Origin: an uncultured Acidobacteriota bacterium
GTDB taxonomy: Bacteria > Actinomycetota > Acidimicrobiia > Spongiisociales > ZC4RG35
NCBI GenBank assembly: GCA_963746905.1
Contig: CAVVCY010000003.1
Location: 949,014-1,013,013, forward strand
Length of the DNA stretch: 64,000 nt
Direction: 5' to 3'
Shown: in pieces, positions 27,131 to 36,341 of the stretch
How positions within the stretch are numbered: the first letter of the stretch is position 1
Layout: each line of letters starts with the position of its first letter
The notes under the pieces: model-generated
Told to the model about the DNA's origin: nothing
What the model saw: the letters and a program-made list of their open reading frames with translations, nothing else
Databases searched by the model: none
Position numbers and translations under genes: made by a program

Positions 27131-29185
27131 ATGTCAGACCTGATCCTTTATGCCGCGCTCACTGCCGGTCTAGCCGCTCTCGCCCTGGCGTCGTATTACC
27201 GACGATCGGTGTTGGCAGCCCCGCGCGGCAATCCACGGATGGTTGAGATCTCCGACGCGATCAGGGAAGGAGCCATGGCCTTCCTACGTCGCGAATACAC
27301 CTGGATCTTGATCTTCGTAGCGGCGATGACCGCCCTCATCGCCCTCCTCCTCGATTGGGGATGGCCCTGGGGCGCCGCCGCCTACGTGTTCGGAGCGGCC
27401 CTGTCCGCGGGCGCTGGCTACGCCGGGATGCGAATCGCAACCGCGGCTAACTCGAGGACGACCGAGGCGGCGCGAACCGGCGGAGTCGCCGCCGCTCTGA
27501 CCGTGGCCTTTCGTGGGGGGGCGGTTGCCGGTTTCACCATTGCCGGGTTCGGGCTGCTCGGCGTGGGTCTCGGATTCCTGCTCTTTAATCGCATCCTGGG
27601 ATTGGACTCGTGGGCCGACACCATCACCGCCATCGCACTCGGGGGCTCGTCGATAGCCGTCTTCGCCCGGGTCGGCGGCGGGATCTTCACCAAAGCAGCC
27701 GACATCGGCGCCGATCTGGTTGGCAAGGTGGAAGCAGGGATCCCCGAAGACGATCCACGAAATCCCGCAGTGATCGCTGACAATGTCGGAGACAACGTGG
27801 GCGACGTGGCGGGGATGGGTGCCGACTTGTTCGAGTCCTATGTCGGCGCCCTGGTCGCTCCAATTGCATACGCGGCGATCGTGTTTGGTGCCTCCGACCT
27901 GATCGAGGAGTCGATCCTCTTCCCCCTTGCGGTTGCCGCTCTTGGGATGCTGGCCGCGATCCTCGGCTCGTTCCTGGTCAGCACCAACGATGAGGGTCAT
28001 CTCGCGGCAGCCCTACATCGGGGCTCAAACTTCGCCCTGGCAGCGACCGGTCTCGGGGCCCTCGGTTTGTCGTATTGGATCTTCGGTGACGCGGTCGATA
28101 ACCCGCTCGGGGTCTGGCTGGCCGTCATCGCCGGTCTCGTTGTCGGTTGGCTCGTGGGGAAGATCTCTGAGTGGTTCACCTCGGACAACCACAAGACGGT
28201 CAAGGAAATCGCCCGGCAAGCGCAGACCGGCCCGGCCACCGTGATCATCACCGGCCTCGCCGAAGGAATGCGGTCGGCGGCCTTCTCGGTGGTCGTGGTG
28301 GCGGCAGGAATTGGCGCCGCGTACTGGGCGGGCGACTGGGCTCTCGGCCCGGGAGGCGGGCTCTACGGAGTGGCCATAGCGGCGATCGGTGTCCTGGCCA
28401 CGCTGGGAATGACCATTTCGATGGATGCCTACGGCCCGATAGCCGACAACGCGGGCGGTATCGCTGAAATGGCCCAGTTACCCCCTGAGGTCCGCCATGC
28501 CACCGACTCGCTCGACGCACTGGGGAACACCACGGCCGCCGTGGCCAAGGGCCTGGCCATCGCTTCGGCGGCGGTGACGGCCCTTGCCCTGTTCACCGCT
28601 TTCATCGAGGCCGTGGGGTTGACCGCTATCGATCTCACCAGGGCCGACACCACGATCGGATTGCTGATCGGTGCCATGTTCCCGTTCTTGTTCGCCGCCC
28701 TCACCATGAGCGCCGTCGGCCGGGCCGCCAACCGCATGGTCGATGAGGTTCGGCGGCAGTTCCGCGAGATCGCCGGGTTGCGCGAGGGCGAGCCCGGCGT
28801 GAAGCCTGAGTACGCCAAATGCGTCGACATCGCTACAACCGGCGCACTGCGCGAGATGGTGGTCCCGGCCACCATGGCCGTTGCGCTGCCGTTGGTCGTC
28901 GGGTTCGTCGATGTCGAGGCTCTCGGCGGCCTCCTCGCCGGTGCTCTGGTCACCGGCTTTCTGCTGGCGATCTTCATGGCGAATGCAGGGGGCGCTTGGG
29001 ACAACGCCAAGAAGTTCATCGAATCCGGCGCTTTCGGCGGCAAGGGCTCTGACGCTCACAAGGCGGCAGTAATCGGTGACACCGTTGGGGATCCGTTCAA
29101 GGACACCTCGGGGCCTTCGATGAACATCGTGATCAAAGTCATGACCATCGTCTCACTGGTCTTTGCCTCGTCGTTCGTCAGCTGA
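27131..29185 (+). CDS. hppA: membrane-bound proton/sodium-translocating pyrophosphatase
   Basis: 684 aa, polytopic. Diagnostic motifs: GGIFTKAADIGADLVGKVE, DNVGDNVGD, GGAWDNAKK, DTVGDPFKDTSGPS. Confidence 0.95.
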   Translation: MSDLILYAALTAGLAALALASYYRRSVLAAPRGNPRMVEISDAIREGAMAFLRREYTWILIFVAAMTALIALLLDWGWPWGAAAYVFGAALSAGAGYAGMRIATAANSRTTEAARTGGVAAALTVAFRGGAVAGFTIAGFGLLGVGLGFLLFNRILGLDSWADTITAIALGGSSIAVFARVGGGIFTKAADIGADLVGKVEAGIPEDDPRNPAVIADNVGDNVGDVAGMGADLFESYVGALVAPIAYAAIVFGASDLIEESILFPLAVAALGMLAAILGSFLVSTNDEGHLAAALHRGSNFALAATGLGALGLSYWIFGDAVDNPLGVWLAVIAGLVVGWLVGKISEWFTSDNHKTVKEIARQAQTGPATVIITGLAEGMRSAAFSVVVVAAGIGAAYWAGDWALGPGGGLYGVAIAAIGVLATLGMTISMDAYGPIADNAGGIAEMAQLPPEVRHATDSLDALGNTTAAVAKGLAIASAAVTALALFTAFIEAVGLTAIDLTRADTTIGLLIGAMFPFLFAALTMSAVGRAANRMVDEVRRQFREIAGLREGEPGVKPEYAKCVDIATTGALREMVVPATMAVALPLVVGFVDVEALGGLLAGALVTGFLLAIFMANAGGAWDNAKKFIESGAFGGKGSDAHKAAVIGDTVGDPFKDTSGPSMNIVIKVMTIVSLVFASSFVS

Positions 29186-29192
29186 GATCGAT

Positions 29193-30425
29193 ATGCCAGA
29201 AGTCGTACTCATCCGCCACGCCGAGTCCGAGACCAACCGCTCGGCGGTCTGGGCAGGACGATCGGACGGTCCGCTGAGCGCATCTGGCGAGGCCAGTCTC
29301 GAGGCCCTCGCCCGCCGGTTCTCGAATCAGAAGTTCGACCTGGTGGTCAGCTCGCCGTTGGAACGAGCGGCCCGCACTGCGGCCGCCCTCTCTTCGAGAA
29401 TCGAGATCTCAGAGGAGTTCGTCGAGCTCGACATCGGGCGATGGGAGGGACTGACCCGCGACGAGGTGCTCGCTGGCGATGGGGAACTGCTCCGCGAAGT
29501 GAGGGTAAATCGTGGTCTGGCTTGGGGGGAGACCGGGGAGAGCCTTCGTGACGCCGAGCATCGGGCCTTTCTCGCCATGGACGAACTGGCCGGGCGGCTT
29601 GGAGAGCGGGGCCGGGCGGTCGTCGTAACTCATGGGGGCCTGCTCAACGCACTGCTTCATCGTTATCTGGGTGGATCGGGCCGAAGGGTCCATGGCTTTT
29701 CCGGCAACACCTCGGTCACCAGGCTGGTTTGGACCCACGATCGTCCGAGGTTGGCCTCGTTCAACGACCAGGGTCACCTCGGGCCGCGACCCAAGCTCGT
29801 CACCGAGGAACTGGCTGCCAACCGGCCTGTCCTGGCCCTGATTCGCCACGGTCAGACTCAGGCCAACATCGAGGGTCGGTGGCAAGGCCACGGTGACTGG
29901 GATCTCGACGAGCGAGGCCACCGTCAGGCGGCCGCCTTGCGGGACTGGTACGGAACTCATGACCTTGTCTATTCCTCACCCTTGAGTAGGGCGCGGACCA
30001 CTGCGGGCTACCTCGCGAACAATGGCGTGGTGACGGTCGACGGCCTCAAGGAACTGGGAATGGGGAAGTGGGAGGGGCTCACCTCGCCCGAAGTCATTGA
30101 ACAATGGCCGGACCTCATGGATGACATCTTCAGGGACGGAGTCGATCTCCGTCGAGGCGAGGATGGGGAGACCTGGGGAGAGTTGGCGCATCGAGTCCGT
30201 AACGCCGTTCATTCCCTGAGGCCAGCAGTCGGCGTCCCGACGGTTGTCGTGGCTCATGGGGGTGCCATTCGCTCGTACATCTCGTCATTGACCACGACCA
30301 CCGACACCCATGCCGAGTCCCTGCACACACCGCGGAACACATCGGTGACCCACATCGCCTTTCACGACGATGGCCCCTTGATTCTCGACTACGCAGTTGC
30401 GACTCACCTGGAAGCCCTCTCCTAA
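29193..30425 (+). CDS. tandem histidine phosphatase (PGAM-like) domain protein
   Basis: ORF 29163..30425 trimmed to Met11. Two complete domains, each starting with an RH motif (VVLIRHAESETN and VLALIRHGQTQAN) and each containing a distal H (VVVTHGG, VVVAHGG). Confidence 0.85.
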   Translation: MPEVVLIRHAESETNRSAVWAGRSDGPLSASGEASLEALARRFSNQKFDLVVSSPLERAARTAAALSSRIEISEEFVELDIGRWEGLTRDEVLAGDGELLREVRVNRGLAWGETGESLRDAEHRAFLAMDELAGRLGERGRAVVVTHGGLLNALLHRYLGGSGRRVHGFSGNTSVTRLVWTHDRPRLASFNDQGHLGPRPKLVTEELAANRPVLALIRHGQTQANIEGRWQGHGDWDLDERGHRQAAALRDWYGTHDLVYSSPLSRARTTAGYLANNGVVTVDGLKELGMGKWEGLTSPEVIEQWPDLMDDIFRDGVDLRRGEDGETWGELAHRVRNAVHSLRPAVGVPTVVVAHGGAIRSYISSLTTTTDTHAESLHTPRNTSVTHIAFHDDGPLILDYAVATHLEALS

Positions 30426-30434
30426 TCTCGTCTG

Positions 30435-31016
30435 ATGGCCGAATACGACTCCCGCCGCTACGCACTGGTCAATCGGTGGGACCCCCAGCACCTGAAGACG
30501 GTCGACCGCCTGCTCCCACTGAACCCCGGAGACCGGGTGTTGGAGGTGGGTTGTGGGAGTGGGCACCTCACCAAGCGCCTCGCGGCTCGGGGGATCGACG
30601 TCGTCGGCATCGACGCCAATCCCAACGCTCGGGAAGTTGCCGACACCGAACGTGTCCTTCACATGCGGGCCGAGCAACTGGACTTCGAGGACAAGGAGTT
30701 CGATGCCGTCATCTCGGTGCACGCCATCGAGCACATACCCCCCCTCGCCGAAGCAGTTGCCGAGATGGCCCGGGTATTGCAGCCCCAGGGCCGAGCCCTG
30801 TTCATCTATCCGGCGGAGCCGATACAAGGGCTCTACGCGATTCCCACCTCGGTGATCCTCTACGGAACGCCGTTCAAGGCCCGTCAGGTTCACTGCCACA
30901 AGCTGTGGCCCTCCAAGGTGCGTCGCATCGTCGAGCCATTCGGGCTCACCGAGACCCACCACGAGTTCAATCTGTGGAAGTCGCCGCAGTTCGTGTCTCT
31001 CTTCACCCGGTTCTAG
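30435..31016 (+). CDS. class I SAM-dependent methyltransferase
   Basis: VLEVGCGSGHLTKRLAARGIDVVGIDANP is motif I of the family. Confidence 0.85.
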   Translation: MAEYDSRRYALVNRWDPQHLKTVDRLLPLNPGDRVLEVGCGSGHLTKRLAARGIDVVGIDANPNAREVADTERVLHMRAEQLDFEDKEFDAVISVHAIEHIPPLAEAVAEMARVLQPQGRALFIYPAEPIQGLYAIPTSVILYGTPFKARQVHCHKLWPSKVRRIVEPFGLTETHHEFNLWKSPQFVSLFTRF

Positions 31017-31018
31017 AG

Positions 31019-31234
31019 GTGTTCCTCTGTGACACATGCGGGCGCAGTTTCGAGGTTCGTCAAGAAACCCTCGACCGTTATCCGGGCTGGGTGCCCCGTC
31101 AGTGCCTCGACTGCAAGAACCGCTCCAGCGCAACCTCCTCGAAATTGGGATCTACAGGTCCGGATATGACCCCTACTCGTCCCAATTACGGAGGTGGACG
31201 GGCTCCGCGAGCCGGACCAAGGGCAAAGACCTGA
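31019..31234 (+). CDS. small zinc-ribbon protein (CxxC...CxxC), or a frameshifted N-terminal extension of rnhA
   Basis: Frame of ORF 30476..31234, from GTG 31019, which lies 2 nt after the methyltransferase stop. Product: VFLCDTCGRSFEVRQETLDRYPGWVPRQCLDCKNR followed by a low-complexity tail. The part of that ORF upstream of 31019 is antisense-like noise. Confidence 0.45.
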   Translation: MFLCDTCGRSFEVRQETLDRYPGWVPRQCLDCKNRSSATSSKLGSTGPDMTPTRPNYGGGRAPRAGPRAKT

Positions 31235-31245
31235 CCACCGCCGAG

Positions 31246-31707
31246 GTGCTCGCATCGTTCAGCGATGGCCCGACCACCGGGGTGTTCACCGACGGCGCAT
31301 CGGAGGGCAATCCGGGGCCAGGGGGATGGGGGGCGGTCTATGTCGACGACGATCGCATCGTCGAACAGGCCCACGGCTCGGAGCCGCACACCACCAACAA
31401 CCGCATGGAGCTCACCGCTCTCATCCACGGTCTGCGCATGCTTCCCGGCGACTCGACCATGACCGTCTACACCGACTCACAGCTCATCGTGAACATCGTC
31501 ACCAAATGGGCTGACGGTTGGGAGGCCAAGGGCTGGACCAAGAAGTCCAGCGGCCCGATCGCCAATCTGGAACTGGTCAAAGAGGCGCACGCCCTGTACC
31601 AGCAGCGGCCCGGGGTGGGCATGGAGTGGATCAAGGCGCACAACGGCTACCGGTGGAACGAGTACGCCGACGCCCTCGCCACCGCCTATCGCCGCAAGGT
31701 TTTTTGA
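31246..31707 (+). CDS. rnhA: ribonuclease HI
   Basis: ORF 31036..31707 trimmed to GTG 31246. VFTDGASEGNPGPGGWGAVY ... TTNNRMELTALIHGL ... VYTDSQLIVN ... WIKAHNGYRWNEYADALA carries the DEDD catalytic pattern. The trimmed size (153 aa) is canonical. Confidence 0.8.
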   Translation: MLASFSDGPTTGVFTDGASEGNPGPGGWGAVYVDDDRIVEQAHGSEPHTTNNRMELTALIHGLRMLPGDSTMTVYTDSQLIVNIVTKWADGWEAKGWTKKSSGPIANLELVKEAHALYQQRPGVGMEWIKAHNGYRWNEYADALATAYRRKVF

Positions 31708-32705
31708 TGTGGACCAGCCCGCAGGGGGTCCGCGCCTGGGGAAAACATGCTCATGGTTCGCCGCTCTATGCCCATCTCGTGGAGGTCATAGCCGACGATG
31801 AGGAGTTGATGCGGGTTCTGCATCGAATCGAGCATCTTCCGCAGGTGAATCTCCTCTTGGGCAGCATTCACTTCCTGCTGCTTCGAGACCCGGCTGCAAC
31901 CCTGGCAGGGTGGTACGGGTCGCTGGTCGAAGACCCGAAGCCGGCCAGCGAGGTTGATTCGGTGTTTCGCTCCTTTCTCTTCGAACACGAAGACCAGATC
32001 GTGGAGCTGGCCAATAGTCATTACACCCAGACCAACGAATGCCGGCGATGCATCGCCCTGCTACCCGCGGTGATGTCAGCGGGCTTCGATCGTTTTCACC
32101 TGATCGAGGTGGGGGCGAGTGCCGGCCTCAACCTCGCCATGGATCGCTATCGCTACGAGTTCGGAGACCTGAGATGGGGCCCCGCTTCGAGAGTTGTCCT
32201 CGAGGGTGAATGGCGTGGGAGGCGGGTGGCGCTCCGGGACATCGAAGTATTGAGCCGAACCGGTCTCGACCTGAGCCCGATCCTGCCCGGGGACGTTGAT
32301 GCCCAACAATGGCTTGACGCTCTGATCTGGCCTGAGCAGATGGAGCGTCGGGATCGGCTTCGGGCCGCCCTCTCGATGGTGCCGACTCTGGGTCTGGAGA
32401 TGGTGGCAGGCGACGCATTGGAGACCCTGCCGGACGCCCTCGAGAGATTGCCTGCAGGCGAACCGGCTGTCGTGATCAATGCCTTCACGTTCGGTCAGCT
32501 CACGCCCGAAGGGAGAGAACGAGTCGAGGCAATATGTGATGCAGAGCGGGAGAGTCGCCGGGTGTACCGGGTCTCCTTGGAGCTGTTGGCAAATGCCGAT
32601 GAGTGGGCACGGGTTTCGGTCGCCAACCAAGGGCCTCTGGTGCAAATCGGTCAGGCGCATCCCCACGGGGAATGGGTCGAGCTCTGGGATCAGGCTCGGC
32701 CGTAG
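31707..32705 (+). CDS. DUF2332 domain protein
   Basis: ORF 31518..32705 trimmed to Met64 (TGATG overlap with rnhA). GSPLYAHLVEVIADDEELMRVL ... LLLGSIHFLLL fits my recollection of DUF2332. Moderate certainty. Confidence 0.6.
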   Translation: MWTSPQGVRAWGKHAHGSPLYAHLVEVIADDEELMRVLHRIEHLPQVNLLLGSIHFLLLRDPAATLAGWYGSLVEDPKPASEVDSVFRSFLFEHEDQIVELANSHYTQTNECRRCIALLPAVMSAGFDRFHLIEVGASAGLNLAMDRYRYEFGDLRWGPASRVVLEGEWRGRRVALRDIEVLSRTGLDLSPILPGDVDAQQWLDALIWPEQMERRDRLRAALSMVPTLGLEMVAGDALETLPDALERLPAGEPAVVINAFTFGQLTPEGRERVEAICDAERESRRVYRVSLELLANADEWARVSVANQGPLVQIGQAHPHGEWVELWDQARP

Positions 32706-33394
32706 ACGGGGATCGATGCCCCGTTCATCACGCCGGAGTCGTCGCTCAGGAGGAAGTGGGCGACTGCGGCGATCTCATCGGGAGTCGGCCAGTTGACGTA
32801 GTCGGCGTAGGGGAGCGACTGTCGGGTGGCCGGGGTGTCGATTACTGACGGCATCAGCACATTTGCCGTGACGCCGGTCCCATCCAACTCCTGTGCCACC
32901 GACTTGGCGAGGGCGACCACTCCTGCCTTGGAGAGGTTGAAGGCTGCCTGACCGGTCGGGTAGTCGACTGCGCTCTTGCTACCGACCAGGACGATCCGCC
33001 CCCACCCCGCCTCTTTCAGGTAGGGAACAACGGCGCGCACTGCATAGAAGGCGGAGCGGAGATTGAGGTCGATCATCCTCTCGAATCGGACGTCGTCCGT
33101 CTCTTCGACATCGCGGCCTCCGGCCCATCCACCAACCAGCGAGCACAAGCCATGTATCGAGCCCCATTGCTCGGACACGTTCTTCATCAGGCTGTTGACC
33201 GCCTCGGCATTGGTGGCGTCGACGCGGAGCAAAAGAAGGCGATCCTCGTCGATGTCGAACTCCTCCTCGAAACGGGTCGCCTCGTCGGGAAGGAGGTAGG
33301 TGACTACCAGTCGGTAGTCCTCGAAGATGAGCCGACGGACCAGTGCGGTCCCAAGTCCGCCCGTGCCACCGGTGATGACGACTGTTTTTTCCAC
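32690..33394 (-). CDS. SDR family oxidoreductase
   Basis: ORF 32690..33502 trimmed to GTG 33394, giving (M)EKTVVITGGTGGLGTAL. LSKAGVVALAKSVAQEL is in the active-site region. Confidence 0.8.
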   Translation of the reverse strand: MEKTVVITGGTGGLGTALVRRLIFEDYRLVVTYLLPDEATRFEEEFDIDEDRLLLLRVDATNAEAVNSLMKNVSEQWGSIHGLCSLVGGWAGGRDVEETDDVRFERMIDLNLRSAFYAVRAVVPYLKEAGWGRIVLVGSKSAVDYPTGQAAFNLSKAGVVALAKSVAQELDGTGVTANVLMPSVIDTPATRQSLPYADYVNWPTPDEIAAVAHFLLSDDSGVMNGASIPVYGRA

Positions 33395-33432
33395 GCTCTC
33401 GATTGCTTTCTGAAGTTGTCGGTTCGCTAACT

Positions 33433-34653
33433 CTACGTTGCCTCCGGGGCATGTCGCCGGAGAATCCAGAGATCGGCGACATTGGTCCCGGTCGGTGGGC
33501 AAACCAGCAGATCTCCCGTGGCGGCCAGATAGCGAGCAGAGTCGAAGTCGGCCAATGCCCGATCCGGGTCTCCTCCCCGATCGATCGTGCTCCCATCGAT
33601 GATGGCCCCGGCGGTCCCCGACGGGCCGTCAACACCGTCGGTCGCGAACGCGGTGAACAAAGCATCCGTGCCCGCCAGGCGCCGGGCTGCGAGTAAGGCG
33701 GCATGGGTGTTCCGGCCACCGGTACCGGATCTGGTGACTTCTACCACGGGCTCTCCCGCAGCGATCGTCACACCAGGGCCGGCACCGGCGAGGAAGTGCT
33801 CGAGACAGATCGCGATGTCCCCCTCCAGCCATTCGGGGCTGACGGTAAAGGGCCCGCCCTGGATCCCTCCTATGGCCATGGCTGCCGTGCGGCCATCGGC
33901 AAGCACGGTGACCACCGGCGACTCGAGAGGACCGGTATCCCGGTTCATCGCCTCCCAAACCGGGTCGGGGACGTCGATGTGGTGGCGAATCATGATTGAT
34001 CTCGCCCCGTATGGGTCGGACGCGGTCGGGATGGTGGGGCCCGAGGCGACGATCGACGGGTCTGCGCCTGCCACGTCGGACAGCACGAGCGTCTCGATTT
34101 CCCGCCCTGCGGCACGGGCCAGGCCGCCACACTTGATCGAGGACAGGTGTCGTCGCACCAGGTTCAGGTCCTCGATGCTGGCGCCGCCGTTGAGCAATGC
34201 CCTGGTTGCCATAGTCAGGTAGTCGCCCGAGATCCCCGGGCGCGGCGACTCGCAGACAGCTGATCCCCCTCCGGAGACCAGGGCAAGGAGCTGCGCACCA
34301 GGCGGTGCATTGACGACGGCTTCGACCACGGCCTCCCCGGCGGCAAAGGAGCGATCACCGGGGAGCGGATGATCGCCCGTCATCGAGCGCATCATCGGAG
34401 GAACGGCCTCAGGGTGTTCGGAGACGCAAACTCCGCCTATCACTTCGACCGAATCTGCAGCGCCGCGCGCCATGGCGGGAGCAGCCTTGCCGAGAGCGAT
34501 CACCACCACGGGCCCGTGTTGGCTGCGGCCGCGAAGCGCCTCCCGGGTGAGCCGTTCCGGGTTCACTGCCTGAAGCCCTGTCTCCAACCATCGCAGGATC
34601 TCAGTTCGCTGAACCGGGTCGTTCGCCAGAACCCGAGGGTCAAATCGGGTCAC
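33433..34653 (-). CDS. glycerate 2-kinase / hydroxypyruvate reductase-like protein (DUF4147 + MOFRL)
   Basis: VVVIALGKAAPAMARGA (DUF4147) and AAGEPVVEVTRSGTGGRNTHAALLAA...FATDGVDGPSGTAGAIIDG (MOFRL). The GTG start overlaps the cofC stop (GTGA). Confidence 0.8.
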   Translation of the reverse strand: MTRFDPRVLANDPVQRTEILRWLETGLQAVNPERLTREALRGRSQHGPVVVIALGKAAPAMARGAADSVEVIGGVCVSEHPEAVPPMMRSMTGDHPLPGDRSFAAGEAVVEAVVNAPPGAQLLALVSGGGSAVCESPRPGISGDYLTMATRALLNGGASIEDLNLVRRHLSSIKCGGLARAAGREIETLVLSDVAGADPSIVASGPTIPTASDPYGARSIMIRHHIDVPDPVWEAMNRDTGPLESPVVTVLADGRTAAMAIGGIQGGPFTVSPEWLEGDIAICLEHFLAGAGPGVTIAAGEPVVEVTRSGTGGRNTHAALLAARRLAGTDALFTAFATDGVDGPSGTAGAIIDGSTIDRGGDPDRALADFDSARYLAATGDLLVCPPTGTNVADLWILRRHAPEAT

Positions 34654-35240
34654 CCCGTGATGGCTCCCAGCCAGGCACCGCGTGGGTGATTCCGGGCCGA
34701 GACCAGGTCGGCCGGTGAGTCCACGTCATGGAGCAGGCCGGTGCGCGCAACCACCACCGCTTGCGGCATCCTCGCCAGGTGTCGATGAAAGCTCCCCGGT
34801 CCGTATGTGAAACGGAACGGTTCGCTGCCTCCCAATGCCGAGGTCCCGCTGTCGGACGAAGGTGCGATAGCGGCCCCAAATTGCTCGAGGGCTTGTTGCA
34901 AGACGGCCAGCTCGCCAACATCCAATAGCGGGAGGTCGCTATGAAGCACCAGCCATAGCGACCCGGCTGCAATCGCCCAATCGACACCCGCCGCGGCCGC
35001 CGCACTCAAGTCGACCCCGGGATCTTCAACGGTGGGGATTCCGCGGATTAGCGCCCACTCTGCGACCTCTTGGTCACCAGCGACGATGAGCGGGATCATG
35101 CCCGAAGCTGCTGCGAGATCGGCGGTGTGGAGCGCGAACGCCGCCCCGAGCGCAACTCTGGTGTCAACCGACAGGGAGTCGGCGAGTCGCCCTTTGCCGA
35201 GTCGGAAGGGCTTGATCGGGAGAATGGCGACGATCGGCAC
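34650..35240 (-). CDS. cofC: 2-phospho-L-lactate / phosphoenolpyruvate guanylyltransferase (F420 biosynthesis)
   Basis: MPIVAILPIKPFRLGKGRLA N-terminus and ...LVLHSDLPLL... are typical of CofC/FbiD. Confidence 0.75.
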   Translation of the reverse strand: MPIVAILPIKPFRLGKGRLADSLSVDTRVALGAAFALHTADLAAASGMIPLIVAGDQEVAEWALIRGIPTVEDPGVDLSAAAAAGVDWAIAAGSLWLVLHSDLPLLDVGELAVLQQALEQFGAAIAPSSDSGTSALGGSEPFRFTYGPGSFHRHLARMPQAVVVARTGLLHDVDSPADLVSARNHPRGAWLGAITG

Positions 35241-35282
35241 CCGCCGAGGGTAGAGGCGAGCCCTGTCCCTCTCCTGTCAGCA

Positions 35283-35726
35283 TCAGGGAACTACGAGCAC
35301 CGGGACTTCGGATTGGTGGCACAGCCTGTCAGCGACCGAGCCCATCATCACCCGTTCGGCAAAGCCGGCCCCGCGCCGCCCGATCACGATCAGATCGGCG
35401 CTGCTGGTTTCTGCGACTGAGAGGAGACGCGACGAAGGGTCTCCGAGCTCCTCGACGGTCTCGTAGTCGACCCCCTCGAGGTCAAGGTTCTCCTCCAACT
35501 CGTTGAGCACCTGTGCCTGGCCCTCTGCCAATGCGGCGGATAGCGCCTCCGGTGGCGGTGGTGCCCCGCCTATGCCCCACCATCCCTCGGGAGTCCTGAC
35601 CACCGTGACCAGGAGGAGCTTTCCCTTCGACAGTCTCGCCATGGCGACCGCATGCTCGGCGGCGGCATGGCTGGTCTCTGACCCATCAACTCCGACCACG
35701 ATCACCTTGGGCTGCCAATCCATCAT
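35283..35726 (-). CDS. universal stress protein
   Basis: KVIVVGVDGSETSHAAAEHAV ... ADLIVIGRRGAGFAERVMMGSVADRLCHQSEVPVLVV. Confidence 0.9.
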   Translation of the reverse strand: MMDWQPKVIVVGVDGSETSHAAAEHAVAMARLSKGKLLLVTVVRTPEGWWGIGGAPPPPEALSAALAEGQAQVLNELEENLDLEGVDYETVEELGDPSSRLLSVAETSSADLIVIGRRGAGFAERVMMGSVADRLCHQSEVPVLVVP

Positions 35727-35783
35727 TCACCTCCAGCCCTCAACATAGGCGATTCAACGCCGCGTCCGAAGGGGCGGGGGTCC

Positions 35784-36248
35784 TCAGAAGAGGGTCGGGG
35801 CGACAAGATGCCCGATCGCGAGGCCGTAGAGACCGGCCACCACGTCGTCGGCCGTGATCCCGATCGCGCCCGGAAGCCGCTCCGCCTGGAGGACTCCCGT
35901 GAAGCGGCTCTTGACGATGTCGGCGACCCGAAACACCAGGAACCCGATCAAGGCCGGCCAACCGGCGAGGCCGACGGTCGCGATGAAAGTTCCGGCGGCC
36001 TCATCGATCACGATCCAGCCGGCATCGCCGAATTCGGCCACCAGAGGGCGCGTGGACCAGAGGGCTGCCAGTGTCAGAAGGGCCGCTCCGATCAGCTGGC
36101 CGAGCCATCCGAAGCCGGTGCCGATCCACAACGAGAAGGGAAGCGCCACCAAGGCTCCGACCGTCCCTGATCCCGAATCCGATCCCCGGATGCGGCGCAG
36201 GATCAGGCCGGAGCCGAAAAAGGAGGCGACCAGGCGATGCATTGGCAA
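35784..36248 (-). CDS. pgpA: phosphatidylglycerophosphatase A family protein
   Basis: VASFFGSGLILRRIRGSDSGSGTVGALVALP ... DAGWIVIDEAAG matches the PgpA family. Confidence 0.75.
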   Translation of the reverse strand: MPMHRLVASFFGSGLILRRIRGSDSGSGTVGALVALPFSLWIGTGFGWLGQLIGAALLTLAALWSTRPLVAEFGDAGWIVIDEAAGTFIATVGLAGWPALIGFLVFRVADIVKSRFTGVLQAERLPGAIGITADDVVAGLYGLAIGHLVAPTLF

Positions 36249-36341
36249 TCGAGCCTAGATCCGGCCGTGAAGCCTCCCCGGCCACCCCTCCCGGTCCCGG
36301 CAACGATTTCACTTTCCGCCGCAGCAGTTAGCCTCTTGTCG

